Source of the DNA: a virus
Virus record (IMG/VR): IMGVR_UViG_3300023717_000163
Length of the DNA stretch: 64,000 bases
Reading direction: 5' to 3' (one strand)
The first letter of the stretch is position 1, and each line of letters starts with the position of its first letter. The notes under the pieces were generated by a model, which saw only the letters and a list, made by a program, of their open reading frames with translations, had not been told where the DNA came from and ran no database searches. Both the position numbers and the translations under genes were made by a program. Positions 1-10,281 of the stretch are shown piece after piece.

Positions 1-360
1 CTGCGCCCGGTATGGCATCGAAAGCATCAGAGGCCCATTTCTTAAATTTACCGCCGCCGCTGGCCGTTTCCAGTGCATCAATCTCTTTTGTCAACCGGGA
101 AATCTCTTTGTTGTATTCCCGGATCGCTGGCAAATTATCCGCCGGTATCCATTCCTTTTCAGATTGAAGGGCATCGACTTTCATTTTAAGCGAACCGATA
201 GTCTTACCCGTATCTTTGCATACGGCATCGACGGAAGAAACTTTTTCGCGTACACCGGTAAGAGCCGTTATCGTTTTATCGGACGTGGCAGTAATGCCGC
301 CCAATTTAGCGGAAATCTTATCTTGTAGGGAAAATATGTATTCTATTTTGTTCGCCATAA
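1..360 (-). CDS. Tail protein, 5' partial (coiled-coil; possible tape-measure N-terminus); continues beyond the window start
   Basis: ATG at 358-360 on the minus strand. The frame translated by hand is open to position 1 (MANKIEYIFSLQDKISAKLGG...). Coiled-coil-like composition; position downstream of the sheath/tube-like genes. Confidence 0.45.
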
Positions 361-515
361 ATTAGTTATTAAATCCTGTTTCACCCATTCGGCCATCGCT
401 GTTTGATGCGCCCATTCTTCATCCGTAAGTTCTTCGGGGTTTATGTGCAGATAAGCCCGGATAAGGGTATCGGCTAAAAACATCCATCCGGGCTTCTCTG
501 CTATGTTTGTTCGGC

Positions 516-818
516 TTATAATTTTTTTAGTTCGGCCTCTTTCACTTCAATAAGATCGGCCAGCTTTGCAGATACGCCCAAAAATAAAGCGTCGTCTTTC
601 TTTATTTCTTCGTCACCGGCAATCCAACAGTTGTTCAGAAGTATTTCGTTATACTTCATCGGATCGGACTTACCAATGACCGCGGCCGCACCGAGAGCCT
701 TACGGTCGGGCTTATGCAGATAAGCCGTTTTTCCTTCAACTGTTACCTGAAACACATCGCCGTGTTTCTTTTTCCATTCCTCAATCTGTTCGACCGTTGC
801 TTTGTTTTCTTCGTTCAT
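516..818 (-). CDS. Hypothetical phage protein (tail assembly chaperone position)
   Basis: 100-aa ORF between the tube-like gene and the partial tail gene. Confidence 0.4.
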   Translation of the reverse strand: MNEENKATVEQIEEWKKKHGDVFQVTVEGKTAYLHKPDRKALGAAAVIGKSDPMKYNEILLNNCWIAGDEEIKKDDALFLGVSAKLADLIEVKEAELKKL

Positions 819-832
819 CGTTTTTAAGTTTA

Positions 833-1258
833 TTAAATTACATTCGGTTCCATATCACAGGCGATAAAAGGCAAGGCATGTTCCTGCTGCAAATCACCTT
901 CCTTAATCGCATAGGGGGCTTCCGTTATGGAAAGGTTGATAATCTTATCCGTTTGGATAACTCCGCTTTCAGGCAGATAAGACACAATAGCGTCAAATTC
1001 CAAATCGGTAATATCATCATGTCCTTTTGCCTTTGCGGCGGCCTGTAAGGCTATCAGTTCAGACTGGAGCAACGTAATAGTACCTTCATACTCCTTTTTA
1101 CCTAACTGAATGCCGCGTGCCTTCTTTCCGGTTGCAAAAAGGCATTCTTTTTGCCTTTTCATTTTGTACTCAATACCACGAAGCCCGGTTACTTCCTTGC
1201 CCAACATGACGAGTTTTACGTCAATCCAAGCATATTCTTTCGTATTAAAACTGCTCAT
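833..1258 (-). CDS. Putative tail tube-like protein
   Basis: 141-aa ORF directly after the 397-aa structural gene, with an ATGA overlap. Assigned on size and position only. Confidence 0.35.
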   Translation of the reverse strand: MSSFNTKEYAWIDVKLVMLGKEVTGLRGIEYKMKRQKECLFATGKKARGIQLGKKEYEGTITLLQSELIALQAAAKAKGHDDITDLEFDAIVSYLPESGVIQTDKIINLSITEAPYAIKEGDLQQEHALPFIACDMEPNVI

Positions 1259-2451
1259 TATTCACTTGTATTATAGGGGTTACTAAATGACAAATCCACA
1301 TCTATTTCTTTAAGCAGCGCAGTAGGTACAATCTTGCATTGAACCTTTAGAGAGCCGGTAGAAATCAAATTCTGATCCGGGTTGATATAAGCCTTAAAGC
1401 CGCTTATCTCACCGTCCATATTCGTATTAATGGAACGGATGATTGATTGCTCGAAAGACTTGCAGACAGGCTGCGATAACTGGCCGGTATCGGCATCAAC
1501 CATGATGCTATCTAAAATTTCGTCGATATACGTTTTATAGCAGATAACAACGGCTTTCTGTATAACACGGATAAGACAAAGGCGGTGGTAGTCGTCCGTT
1601 GTTGCAATGGCCGTGGCATCATCATTCAGGTAATAACCGTTTTTTCCGATATAAGTACGGTAAAAGATATAACCGGCATCGTGCAGGATATTCCAAAGGT
1701 TGTAATCTTCTTCCGGTTTCTTTCCGTCCGTCAAATAACCGTCAGCGGCAATACTACCATCTTTCACGCGACCGATAGAGATATTAACCGCACAAGTGGC
1801 AGCACGGCCGAGAACCTGACCGATGGCGGCAGAATATAATTTACTACCACCATAAAGGCCGTCAGAAGCAAGTACGACGCTAACACTATTCTGTGATCCT
1901 TCGCGCGGCTGGTAAAGACTATCTGTTTCGCCACTCCAAGCGATGGCCGGAAGCAAAACTACAAACGGGGCGATTTTAGTCATATATGTTTTAACGACTG
2001 ATTGAGCAGCGGCAATGGCAGTAACTACATCTTTGTCGATACATTTTTCAATCGTAGGAGCATAAGAAGCCGGGGCATTACGGTTCACACCGACAAGACG
2101 AATACGCCCAGCCGCGGAATCTATCAAAACTTGCAAAGGCGATCCGGCTTCGGCAGAACAAATTTGTGTCAATGTGGTAGCCTCACTAACTACCAGCAAA
2201 TGAAGTTCCGCGCCATCACCGGCAGTTGTGTAGAAGGCCGACACGTCTTTATAAACTAAGGGGTTGCTTTCTTTGTCAATACCCAGCTTTGACAGGTCAT
2301 TACTGGAAGAAAGTACATACACTTTGTTAAGAGCGAGTTTTCCTTCTACGGCTGATCCGGTCAAAATAAGCCCGGCAATACCATCATCCGAAAGGGTTAC
2401 AGTTCCGATGTTACCGTTACCCAGCGTAATATTTACATTTGGTAAACTCAT
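1258..2451 (-). CDS. Phage structural protein (tail sheath-like by position and size)
   Basis: 397-aa ORF. Its position matches the sheath-tube-chaperone-tape measure order of myophage-like tails. Confidence 0.35.
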   Translation of the reverse strand: MSLPNVNITLGNGNIGTVTLSDDGIAGLILTGSAVEGKLALNKVYVLSSSNDLSKLGIDKESNPLVYKDVSAFYTTAGDGAELHLLVVSEATTLTQICSAEAGSPLQVLIDSAAGRIRLVGVNRNAPASYAPTIEKCIDKDVVTAIAAAQSVVKTYMTKIAPFVVLLPAIAWSGETDSLYQPREGSQNSVSVVLASDGLYGGSKLYSAAIGQVLGRAATCAVNISIGRVKDGSIAADGYLTDGKKPEEDYNLWNILHDAGYIFYRTYIGKNGYYLNDDATAIATTDDYHRLCLIRVIQKAVVICYKTYIDEILDSIMVDADTGQLSQPVCKSFEQSIIRSINTNMDGEISGFKAYINPDQNLISTGSLKVQCKIVPTALLKEIDVDLSFSNPYNTSE

Positions 2452-2461
2452 GTTTTATTAA

Positions 2462-2665
2462 TTAATAGGTTTTTAATTCACCCTTTCCACATCTTTTTTG
2501 ATGGGAAACGGCCTTATCGTGTTCATGTCCGAGAAAAACCAAGTTATCACCGGTAACATGAAAGTTTAAACTATCCGGGTAGGCTTCCCGGTATTGAGCC
2601 AAAAAGGCAGGTTCATTAGCCGGTACGATAACCGGGGTTTCTTCTGTATGCTTTTCTTTTGCCAT
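2462..2665 (-). CDS. Hypothetical protein
   Basis: 67-aa ORF, tightly packed between neighbours. Confidence 0.35.
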   Translation of the reverse strand: MAKEKHTEETPVIVPANEPAFLAQYREAYPDSLNFHVTGDNLVFLGHEHDKAVSHQKRCGKGELKTY

Positions 2666-2666
2666 T

Positions 2667-3197
2667 CTAACGACGTTTTAATAGTTTTAAAATAACCTTC
2701 CAAATTGAAGGCAAATATTTAATCAAAAGGACAACCGCAAGCAATCGGCAAAGGTAAATTTGAGCCTGTTGCCACCATGTAAGCCGGTTAATATAGACCG
2801 TTTCACCGGGGACTGGCGTAGGCACGTAAATAATAGAATCTTTTGCCGGTATATAAATCGTGTCATGCTTGGCGTTAGCCTTGTAGTCCAGCTTCCCGTT
2901 ATCAAAAGAAAGGCTGCTTTCAACCCCAGCACTTTTCAATTCGTTATAAGCCTTCATTACAACCTGATTACTGCTGTCACATTCAAACAAGGCTGTTAGA
3001 AGTACCGAATCAGGCGACAGGTAAACAGGCACAAGGCGTTCCGTTGCTATATTAGCCGGTGGGTTCGCGGGCGTGCCCTTCGCATTTTTCAGCCCGCCGC
3101 AACTCGTCACGTACAGGACAAGAAGTATCAGCGTGAGGGCAGGTATTGACTTTTTCAACAGCCCGGCGAAGCCGTTCCAATTCTTTTCGTATTGCAT
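2667..3197 (-). CDS. o-spanin-like lipoprotein (Rz1-like); overlaps the 3' end of the i-spanin-like gene in another frame
   Basis: N-terminal signal with a lipobox (LVLYVTSCGG), followed by a Pro-rich segment. Overlaps 3052..3426 by 146 nt. Confidence 0.45.
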   Translation of the reverse strand: MQYEKNWNGFAGLLKKSIPALTLILLVLYVTSCGGLKNAKGTPANPPANIATERLVPVYLSPDSVLLTALFECDSSNQVVMKAYNELKSAGVESSLSFDNGKLDYKANAKHDTIYIPAKDSIIYVPTPVPGETVYINRLTWWQQAQIYLCRLLAVVLLIKYLPSIWKVILKLLKRR

Positions 3198-3426
3198 AAA
3201 TCTCCTTTTTTAGCGGTTCGACCACCTGTTCCATCAGGATGGCCATTGCCTTTTTAACATTATCCAGTTCGTCGCCGCGTGTGTCCGTCTTGGAGGCTTC
3301 CACTTGCGCCCGGAGCCCGTCGACTTCTGCGTCGTACTTCCTGCGTAGCAGTACAGCTGTAAGCCACGCGCTTAACGGTGCGGATATGATTGCGGCTACC
3401 AGCGATATTATTTCAGACAATTCCAT
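3052..3426 (-). CDS. i-spanin-like protein (Rz-like): N-terminal transmembrane helix plus coiled coil
   Basis: N-terminal TM segment (IISLVAAIISAPLSAWLTAVLL) followed by a charged coiled-coil region. Adjacent to the endolysin-like gene. Confidence 0.45.
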   Translation of the reverse strand: MELSEIISLVAAIISAPLSAWLTAVLLRRKYDAEVDGLRAQVEASKTDTRGDELDNVKKAMAILMEQVVEPLKKEIYAIRKELERLRRAVEKVNTCPHADTSCPVRDELRRAEKCEGHAREPTG

Positions 3427-3440
3427 CCTGACTTCTTAGG

Positions 3441-3842
3441 TTATTTGTTCAGCAACTCCCAGCCGGAATATATGTCAGCCATGACGGCGGGAACGCCGTT
3501 TTCCACTTGACTGATAGCCGCCGCAAAATTGCACATGGTCACTTTGTCGTTCACATCCGGCACATAGGTCGTTGGTACTTGCATTTCGCGGCAAACTCTT
3601 TGTATATATCCGGCGGTGTTATTCTCTATCTTTGGAGCATAGCGGTTGATAAAATCCGCTATCGTCTGGCATTTGTGTAATTTGCGATAGTTCTGCAAAG
3701 TACGGATCAGGGCACGATAACCATGTGCCATTGTCTCAAACTGGAAAAACGCCTTGTCCGTCTGCACCGCCCGAAGCCCCTGCCATTTATCTTTCGACAA
3801 ACGGAGATTGCCGGGGTTATTGTTTCTTAATCCGCGCGTCAT
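3441..3842 (-). CDS. Putative endolysin / lysis protein; conserved RNNNPGN-motif family with a paralog at 38700..39116
   Basis: 133 aa beginning MTRGLRNNNPGNLR. The N-terminus is about 70% identical to the ORF that follows the holin-like gene in region B. Lies upstream of the spanin-like pair. Confidence 0.45.
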   Translation of the reverse strand: MTRGLRNNNPGNLRLSKDKWQGLRAVQTDKAFFQFETMAHGYRALIRTLQNYRKLHKCQTIADFINRYAPKIENNTAGYIQRVCREMQVPTTYVPDVNDKVTMCNFAAAISQVENGVPAVMADIYSGWELLNK

Positions 3843-5170
3843 GCTTTAGGCTGGGTTAAAGTGATTGTAGCGGTTTTTGTCACATCTTCGGCAAGCGTCA
3901 GGGTAATAACGCCTTCTTTTGCGGCGTCACCGGCCGAATTATCCAAAGCAGTTACCAATAAAACTTTATCCTGTTTTACAACCTTAAAGCCTTCCGGTTC
4001 TGTATATGCGTAGTCAGACGAAGCGCTTACCGCAAATTGCTTTGTTCCACCGTTAACCGGGTAAGCGATTGTTTTCGGGGTAACTGATATTTCAGGCACA
4101 TAAGCCGAACTGACAATTGCGCCGATAGCTTCCATCTTTTTCGGTAATACGATAAAGTAATGACGGAAGTTAATCAAACTTTCCTGTGTTTGCGGACTTT
4201 TTTCGGCTTCCGAATAATACATTTTAGTCTTGCCCGAAGCCTTAAACATACGTTTTACATAGAAAGCAACCGAAGCCTGATTTGTGCCTTCCAAAGCCGT
4301 TTCGCCGAATTTCTTTTTTACTCCGTTAGTAGTGAATGACGGGCAACTAACATACTCGTAAACTTCAAATCCGTACAGGTTGGCAATCTTACCGGTCGTG
4401 TAATTATAGTATTGCTTTTCAAACTTCTGGTCGCAAAGCAGCAAATCGTTGACGTGATCCGAACACAACACAAGGCGGCGGCCCTCTGTGGGAACTTCCA
4501 TTTTATCGAATTTATCTTTCAATGCAACAATATCCTTTGTTGTAATCCTGCGGCGGCCGTTATCGTTCGCCCCGGTGGTAAGAACTACCGGTGTCAAATC
4601 AGAGTTCTTTTGAGGAGCAAGGGCATGAATTGCTTTCTTGAATTTGTTCACCAAGATGGATTCACCGTGACGTTCTTTGTGGCTTGCCATCTTTTCATAA
4701 GAACAGGCATAAAGTTCATCATCCGTGACACGGGTAGCCTTTGTTTGGTATTTATCCAAACTGATAGCAACGTCGCCATCTTCCAAATCTTGGATAGGAA
4801 TAGGATAAGTTGTATTGTTGATTAAAACGTCAGGATCACCGCCCACGTCGATAAGGTGAATAATATCGTTTTCGGCTTTATCGGAATAGTCGGGAATACC
4901 ATCCAGCCATGTAGCCGTAATTCCGGCACGCAATTTCTTAATTAATTCACCCGTCCAAATTTCCGTATATACACCAGCACAAGCCGAACCATTCGGCAGA
5001 AAGTTGCCCGAAACAATCGACGCACCTACAACGACCGCCGCACCGGCAGAAGCCGGAACGCCAACTGCGACGGCAAGAAAAAGCCCCATCATTGCATTAA
5101 TAAGCAACCGGGAAAAGAGTTTAAATCCTGTTTTCATTTTTACCTGTTTTAAAATTAGTAGTTGGGACAA
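3839..5170 (-). CDS. Putative major capsid protein with a C-terminal Ig-like (Big_2-like) domain
   Basis: 443 aa. Sits between the protease/scaffold gene and the lysis genes. The C-terminal ~80 aa are beta-rich and Ig-like. The Gly/Ala-rich hydrophobic N-terminus is unusual. Confidence 0.5.
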   Translation of the reverse strand: MSQLLILKQVKMKTGFKLFSRLLINAMMGLFLAVAVGVPASAGAAVVVGASIVSGNFLPNGSACAGVYTEIWTGELIKKLRAGITATWLDGIPDYSDKAENDIIHLIDVGGDPDVLINNTTYPIPIQDLEDGDVAISLDKYQTKATRVTDDELYACSYEKMASHKERHGESILVNKFKKAIHALAPQKNSDLTPVVLTTGANDNGRRRITTKDIVALKDKFDKMEVPTEGRRLVLCSDHVNDLLLCDQKFEKQYYNYTTGKIANLYGFEVYEYVSCPSFTTNGVKKKFGETALEGTNQASVAFYVKRMFKASGKTKMYYSEAEKSPQTQESLINFRHYFIVLPKKMEAIGAIVSSAYVPEISVTPKTIAYPVNGGTKQFAVSASSDYAYTEPEGFKVVKQDKVLLVTALDNSAGDAAKEGVITLTLAEDVTKTATITLTQPKA

Positions 5171-6108
5171 TCCACACCATATTCGGCCTTAAATAGCTTC
5201 ATATAGGTATTTTTGTCATTTTCTTTTAAATTTGCCATCTGATCCGCCGGAACATCAGACAGTTTTTTCCAGTCTAAAGCCATAGAACCGGAACCGCTGG
5301 GCTGGTTTATCAAATTCATCGGCTTTTGTATCGGTGTCATGGAATCAAAAGTCAACTTAAGACTTTCAATACCTACCTTTTTACCCAATTCGATAAAATG
5401 CGCTTCCTTTTCCGGCATAATCAAGCGTTTGCCTGTGGCTTCTTTTACCGCTTGCGTAATGGCAGACAATTGCATCTGTTCTTTCTCCTGTTGTAATTGC
5501 TGGTTAGCCAACTTATAGCCGTTCAGCACTTCAATAGAAGAAAGAATTTCATTTTCTCCGGCCGTTTCCGGCAACCCCAATTTCAGGGCGATAGCTTTGT
5601 AATCCATCTTTTCTTCGTCTTTTTGATTGTTGATATTAGTGAGTAATGGCAGACCGTCCGAATTTTCACCGGCCGCCAGTTTTAGTTCCTGACCTTTAAA
5701 AGTGAGTACCAGCGGCAAAGCGTTGTCATTTCCGCCTATGTCAACCATACTTATTTCAATTAACTTGCTTCGTGTAGCAGTAGCCCGGTATTGGCCCGGC
5801 TTTATCAGTTCCGGCGCGTCGCTGGTTTCTGTTACCTCAAAATTAGCGGAAGCCATTTTTAACGTACCCTTATCCCATTGCTGCTTTGCAAGTTTACTTT
5901 CATCGCGTACTTCATCAAAGTAAGGTTCGCCGGTGATTTTATCGCCTTCCTTTTTTATATCTTTGATACAGCCGATAATAATACCGCGCCAGTGCATCCA
6001 CAACAACACAGGATTGCGTTCGTATTGCGAAATATCAACGCCATCGGTTTTAACCCACGTTCCGTAACAGTTTACGGACTCATCACTTATAATTATTCGC
6101 TTTGCCAT
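5155..6108 (-). CDS. Prohead protease / scaffold fusion (Mu gpI-like)
   Basis: 317 aa. N-terminal ~120 aa look protease-like. The C-terminal half is Gln/Glu/Lys-rich and coiled-coil, scaffold-like. Divergent from the terminase operon. Confidence 0.45.
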   Translation of the reverse strand: MAKRIIISDESVNCYGTWVKTDGVDISQYERNPVLLWMHWRGIIIGCIKDIKKEGDKITGEPYFDEVRDESKLAKQQWDKGTLKMASANFEVTETSDAPELIKPGQYRATATRSKLIEISMVDIGGNDNALPLVLTFKGQELKLAAGENSDGLPLLTNINNQKDEEKMDYKAIALKLGLPETAGENEILSSIEVLNGYKLANQQLQQEKEQMQLSAITQAVKEATGKRLIMPEKEAHFIELGKKVGIESLKLTFDSMTPIQKPMNLINQPSGSGSMALDWKKLSDVPADQMANLKENDKNTYMKLFKAEYGVDCPNY

Positions 6109-6288
6109 TTACTACATGTTACATCGTTTTTATTACTGCATTTCTGCGCTTTATCCGGTGCAAACATAACCCCCTAAAATAGTCCGCACAAAAAAGTGTG
6201 TAACCGTTACGCGCTTGTGTGAAAGCATTTTATAATAGATGGAAAGCGTTTCACCCTTAATTGCCTCGCCCACCTATACTTTACAATT

Positions 6289-6756
6289 TTGCCAAAAAGT
6301 AAAGCGATAATTATGTCTAAAAAGGAAATAGAAAAGAGCAAGGAATTAGCACGCATGTACTACCTGAATGGCGAAACACAAAAACTTGTGGCCGAAAAGG
6401 TAGGGGTTAGCCGCGTAACGATTAACAAGTGGGTAGCCGATGGCGGTTGGGACACTATGCGCGTAGCGAAAACCATCACCCGGAAAGAAATCATTACTAA
6501 AATGATGCAGGAGGCTAACAAAAAGTTGGAAGAAGGGAAAATGTCTTTTGATGAAATGTCAAAGTTGGCCGCATCTATTGAAAAAATAGACAAGCAAACA
6601 AACGCAATTACTATTTACGAGGTAATGACCGTTTACAACGAATGGCTGATAGTTCGCACGAGTGTGGATAAAGAACTTACAACTGACCTGATTAAGACAA
6701 TGAACCACTACCAAGATATATTCCTGAGTGAACAGGTAGGCAAAAGCAAGTTCTAA
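6289..6756 (+). CDS. terS: Terminase small subunit
   Basis: 155 aa with an HTH (ELARMYYLNGETQKLVAEKVGVSRVTINKWV). Directly precedes the large terminase, abutting it with no gap. Confidence 0.55.
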   Translation: MPKSKAIIMSKKEIEKSKELARMYYLNGETQKLVAEKVGVSRVTINKWVADGGWDTMRVAKTITRKEIITKMMQEANKKLEEGKMSFDEMSKLAASIEKIDKQTNAITIYEVMTVYNEWLIVRTSVDKELTTDLIKTMNHYQDIFLSEQVGKSKF

Positions 6757-8291
6757 TGGTCGGAAATACTTTAAAACAAGCACAAGAGAGGTGGAAACAG
6801 TTATCGGAAACGATACAAAATATGTCCACCGTCAACGTAGCTGAAACGAAAGCTGCGCAATTAGAACGTATTGAACGCGCCCGGAAAGATTATGCCTATT
6901 TCGTGGAATACTACTATCCGCATTATTGCACGGACAAAGTAACCGGCGAAGTAACACCGTCGGCAAAGTTCCATATTGAAGCGGCAAAAAAAATACTTCA
7001 AAACAGGGATATAAAAGCCGTATTCAAGTGGGCGCGCGGCCACGCCAAATCTACCCACATGGACGTAATGATACCAATGTGGCTAATGTGCCAAAAACAA
7101 CGACAAATCAACGTCATGGTATTGGTCGGAAAGTCCGAAGATAGCGCACAAACTTTGCTGGGTGACATACAAGCCGAATTGCAATATAACAAACGGTACA
7201 TTCACGACTTCGGGGCGCAATACAATTCAGGAAACTGGCAGGATGGCGAATTTGTCACCAGTACCGGGATCGCCTTCTTTGCACGTGGGCGTGGGCAATC
7301 TCCGCGCGGTCTAAGATATAGAAACCGCCGCCCGGACTACATAGTCATTGACGACTTGGACGACGACGAATTGTGTGAAAACGATACCCGTGTCAGAAAG
7401 ATAACCGAATGGGTGAAAGAAGCCTTGTTCGGGGCTTTCGGGGCGGAAGGCGGCCGTTTTATCATGGTTGGTAATCTTATCAGCAAGTGCAGCGTATTGG
7501 CTAATATAGCCGCGTCAAAAGGTGTATTCGTTAGTCAGGTGGACGTATTGGATAAAAAAGGCAAACCGTCGTGGCCCGAATACTGGACTATGCAGCGCAT
7601 TCAGGCCAAACGCGAATTTATGGGCTACCGGGCCTTTGAAAAGGAATACATGAACAATCCTATCAAAGAAGGGACGGTATTTCGTAAAGACTGGATTCGC
7701 TGGAAGAAAATGTTTTCACTTGACCGGTACGAAAAGATTGTGGCTTATTGCGATCCATCCTTTAAAGGCAGCACGCAAAACGACTATAAGGCGATTAAGG
7801 TTTGGGGAAAGATCGGAACAGAGTTGCACCACATAGCCGCCTTTGTCCGGCAATGTTCGGTTAGCGAAATGGTGCGCTGGTTCTACGATCTCCACGAGCG
7901 TATGCCGGAAGGCGTGATATGCGAATACTATATAGAGGCTAATTTCCTTCAAGATATTCTTTTGGATGAATTTACAACGGAAGGAAAACTACGGGGCTAC
8001 CAATTGCCCATACAGGCCGACAAACGCAAAAAGCCCGATAAATTCGCCCGTATTGAAGCCGTTTCGCCATTATGGGAGCGCGGCTTTGTCTTCTACAATG
8101 AAAGGCTGCAAAATGATCCTGATATGTTGGCCGGGATAGAACAAACCCTTTCAATCGAAAAAGGAAGCCGGACGCACGACGACGCGCCGGATGCCGACGA
8201 AGGGGCTATTTATATCCTTCAAAAATACACAAGAATACAAGAGTATCAACCCAGCTTTGGCATGCGCCAAAGCCCTAAAAATTCATGGTAA
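6756..8291 (+). CDS. terL: Terminase large subunit
   Basis: 511 aa. Walker A-like WARGHAKST. Conserved gene order terS-terL-portal. Confidence 0.7.
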   Translation: MVGNTLKQAQERWKQLSETIQNMSTVNVAETKAAQLERIERARKDYAYFVEYYYPHYCTDKVTGEVTPSAKFHIEAAKKILQNRDIKAVFKWARGHAKSTHMDVMIPMWLMCQKQRQINVMVLVGKSEDSAQTLLGDIQAELQYNKRYIHDFGAQYNSGNWQDGEFVTSTGIAFFARGRGQSPRGLRYRNRRPDYIVIDDLDDDELCENDTRVRKITEWVKEALFGAFGAEGGRFIMVGNLISKCSVLANIAASKGVFVSQVDVLDKKGKPSWPEYWTMQRIQAKREFMGYRAFEKEYMNNPIKEGTVFRKDWIRWKKMFSLDRYEKIVAYCDPSFKGSTQNDYKAIKVWGKIGTELHHIAAFVRQCSVSEMVRWFYDLHERMPEGVICEYYIEANFLQDILLDEFTTEGKLRGYQLPIQADKRKKPDKFARIEAVSPLWERGFVFYNERLQNDPDMLAGIEQTLSIEKGSRTHDDAPDADEGAIYILQKYTRIQEYQPSFGMRQSPKNSW

Positions 8292-8292
8292 T

Positions 8293-8523
8293 ATGATTAA
8301 GTTATTCAAAGAATTTATTCTGAATTACAGAGTAAAAAGAGCCGTTAAGATGGCAAAAGAATTATCGGAAGTGAGCAAACGCAAGTACATCGTTTTGATG
8401 GTGGCCGGTGTTCCCAAAGTCTATTCCAAACAGGAATTAAAGAACCTGATTCAAAGACGTGTATTCAAGAAAGGCACGACTATTCAGGACTTGGAAAAAC
8501 GGGCAATCCTTATAACCGCATAG
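8293..8523 (+). CDS. Hypothetical protein (start moved to the internal ATG after the terL stop)
   Basis: The ORF-track start at 8191 lies inside terL. ATG at 8293 (MIKLFKEF...) follows the terL stop. Confidence 0.3.
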   Translation: MIKLFKEFILNYRVKRAVKMAKELSEVSKRKYIVLMVAGVPKVYSKQELKNLIQRRVFKKGTTIQDLEKRAILITA

Positions 8524-8526
8524 CCT

Positions 8527-8946
8527 ATGTTTCTGACTGAAAACGACTATATCGTGGCTTCGGCAGATGCGTTGACAATCTTTTCACAAAGCACGCCGGA
8601 AAAGCGCGAAAAGGCCGAAAAAATGGCTATTGAGGAAATCGCCGGTTATCTGCGTAGCCGATACGATACCGGGCTTATTTTTTCGGCCGTTGGTGACAAT
8701 CGTAACGATGTCATAGTTATGCACACCTGTGATATAACGCTGTATCACCTTGTTTCATGGCTTCCCGGAAAAATGGGACGTGAAATAAGGAAAGAGCGTT
8801 ACGAACGGGCGATTAAATGGCTGGAAGAAGTTCAAGCCGGAAAGGTTACGCCGAATTTGCCAACCTGCACCGGTGAGGATGGAGAGGTAGATATAAACAA
8901 CCCCGTAAAGTGGGGTTCGGGAAAAAGCAACACTTATATTTGGTAA
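8527..8946 (+). CDS. Hypothetical phage head-module protein
   Basis: 139-aa ORF between the terminase and portal genes. Confidence 0.45.
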   Translation: MFLTENDYIVASADALTIFSQSTPEKREKAEKMAIEEIAGYLRSRYDTGLIFSAVGDNRNDVIVMHTCDITLYHLVSWLPGKMGREIRKERYERAIKWLEEVQAGKVTPNLPTCTGEDGEVDINNPVKWGSGKSNTYIW

Positions 8947-8947
8947 G

Positions 8948-10183
8948 ATGGGTAACAAAAAACGCATAAGTAACGACCTGTGTGTAGGTGGGTTTAACCT
9001 TGCCAAAGAGAGCGACCGGAAACGGCTTAGTTCCATGATGGTAGAATTGAAGCTACAAGCGGATGCACTTACACAAAAAGACCTGAAAAATTGGCGGCAA
9101 GCGTGGCAAATGGCGTTGAACATAGAAAATCCGCGCCGCGGCCCTCTGTATGATATTTATACGGATATAGATGCAGATTTACACCTGACCGGCTGTGTCG
9201 GCCAGCGGAAAGGCTTTGTTTTGAAAAAAAGTTTCAAGCTGGTAGATGCCAAAGAAAAAGAGAACGAAGAGGCAACCAAACTATTTGAAACCGGATGGTT
9301 CAAAGATTTGATAGGCTATATCTTGGATAGTCGGTATTGGGGACACTCGCTTATTCAGTTAGGCGATGTTGTATCCGTTGACGGAAAGATGCGGTATAAA
9401 GACGTTGAGTTGATTCCACGCAAGCATGTAATTCCTGAATACGGCGTTATAGTTAGAGAACAGGCCGACGAATGGAAGCAAGGGTATGATTACAGGAATA
9501 CCCCCTTATCCGATTGGGTAATCGAAGCCGGAAAGCCGAAAGACCTCGGTCTATTCCTGAAGGCGGCACATCAGGCTATACCCAAAAAGAACATGCTGGC
9601 TTTTTGGGATCAGTTCGGGGAAATATTCGGTATGCCTATCAGAATCGCCAAGTCAACAGCCCGCGATCCTAAAGACCGGTCACGCATTGAAAACATGCTG
9701 GCTTCTATGGGGGCGGCCGCATGGGGATTATTCCCGGAAGGGACGGAAATTGATATTAAGGAGACAACAAGGGGCGACGCTTTTAATGTGTATGATAAGC
9801 GCATTGATCGTGCAAACAGTGAAATAAGCAAAGGCCTGCTTAACCAAACAATGACTATTGACAACGGTAGTAGTCTGTCACAATCGGAAGTGCATCTTGA
9901 AGTTTTTGAAAACGTAATTGAAAGCGATGCCGACTTAGTTAAGGATATAGTAAACGACCAACTGATTCCACGGATGATTAAGCACGGCTTCCCACTTAAA
10001 GACTTACGTTTTGTTTATGACGAAAGTATAGACTACACGCCGGAACAGCAGGTTGCATTTGAAACAATGATTGTTGACCGCTACGAAGTTGATCCAAAAT
10101 ATTTCATAGACAAGTACAATATTCCGATTATCGGGGAAAAGAAGGTACAAGCACAACAACTTTCAAGACCTTTTTTCGACTAA
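8948..10183 (+). CDS. Portal protein (Mu gp29 / DUF935-like)
   Basis: 411 aa, immediately upstream of the MuF-like gene. Matches the Mu-type order terminase-portal-F-G. Confidence 0.6.
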   Translation: MGNKKRISNDLCVGGFNLAKESDRKRLSSMMVELKLQADALTQKDLKNWRQAWQMALNIENPRRGPLYDIYTDIDADLHLTGCVGQRKGFVLKKSFKLVDAKEKENEEATKLFETGWFKDLIGYILDSRYWGHSLIQLGDVVSVDGKMRYKDVELIPRKHVIPEYGVIVREQADEWKQGYDYRNTPLSDWVIEAGKPKDLGLFLKAAHQAIPKKNMLAFWDQFGEIFGMPIRIAKSTARDPKDRSRIENMLASMGAAAWGLFPEGTEIDIKETTRGDAFNVYDKRIDRANSEISKGLLNQTMTIDNGSSLSQSEVHLEVFENVIESDADLVKDIVNDQLIPRMIKHGFPLKDLRFVYDESIDYTPEQQVAFETMIVDRYEVDPKYFIDKYNIPIIGEKKVQAQQLSRPFFD

Positions 10184-10281
10184 GCCCCGATATATATACG
10201 GGGCTGCACAAAAGGGCGGCAGAATTATACGGAGATAGCAACCTGATATTATCCGCTGATAATTACCCGGACACTTCGGGC

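Noticed and set aside
4412-4825. Plus-strand ORFs nested antisense inside long minus-strand genes (for example 4412..4825, 20482..20997, 1585..1839, 28448..28714)
   Set aside because: They are fully contained within better-supported genes on the opposite strand and have atypical composition. Treated as spurious.
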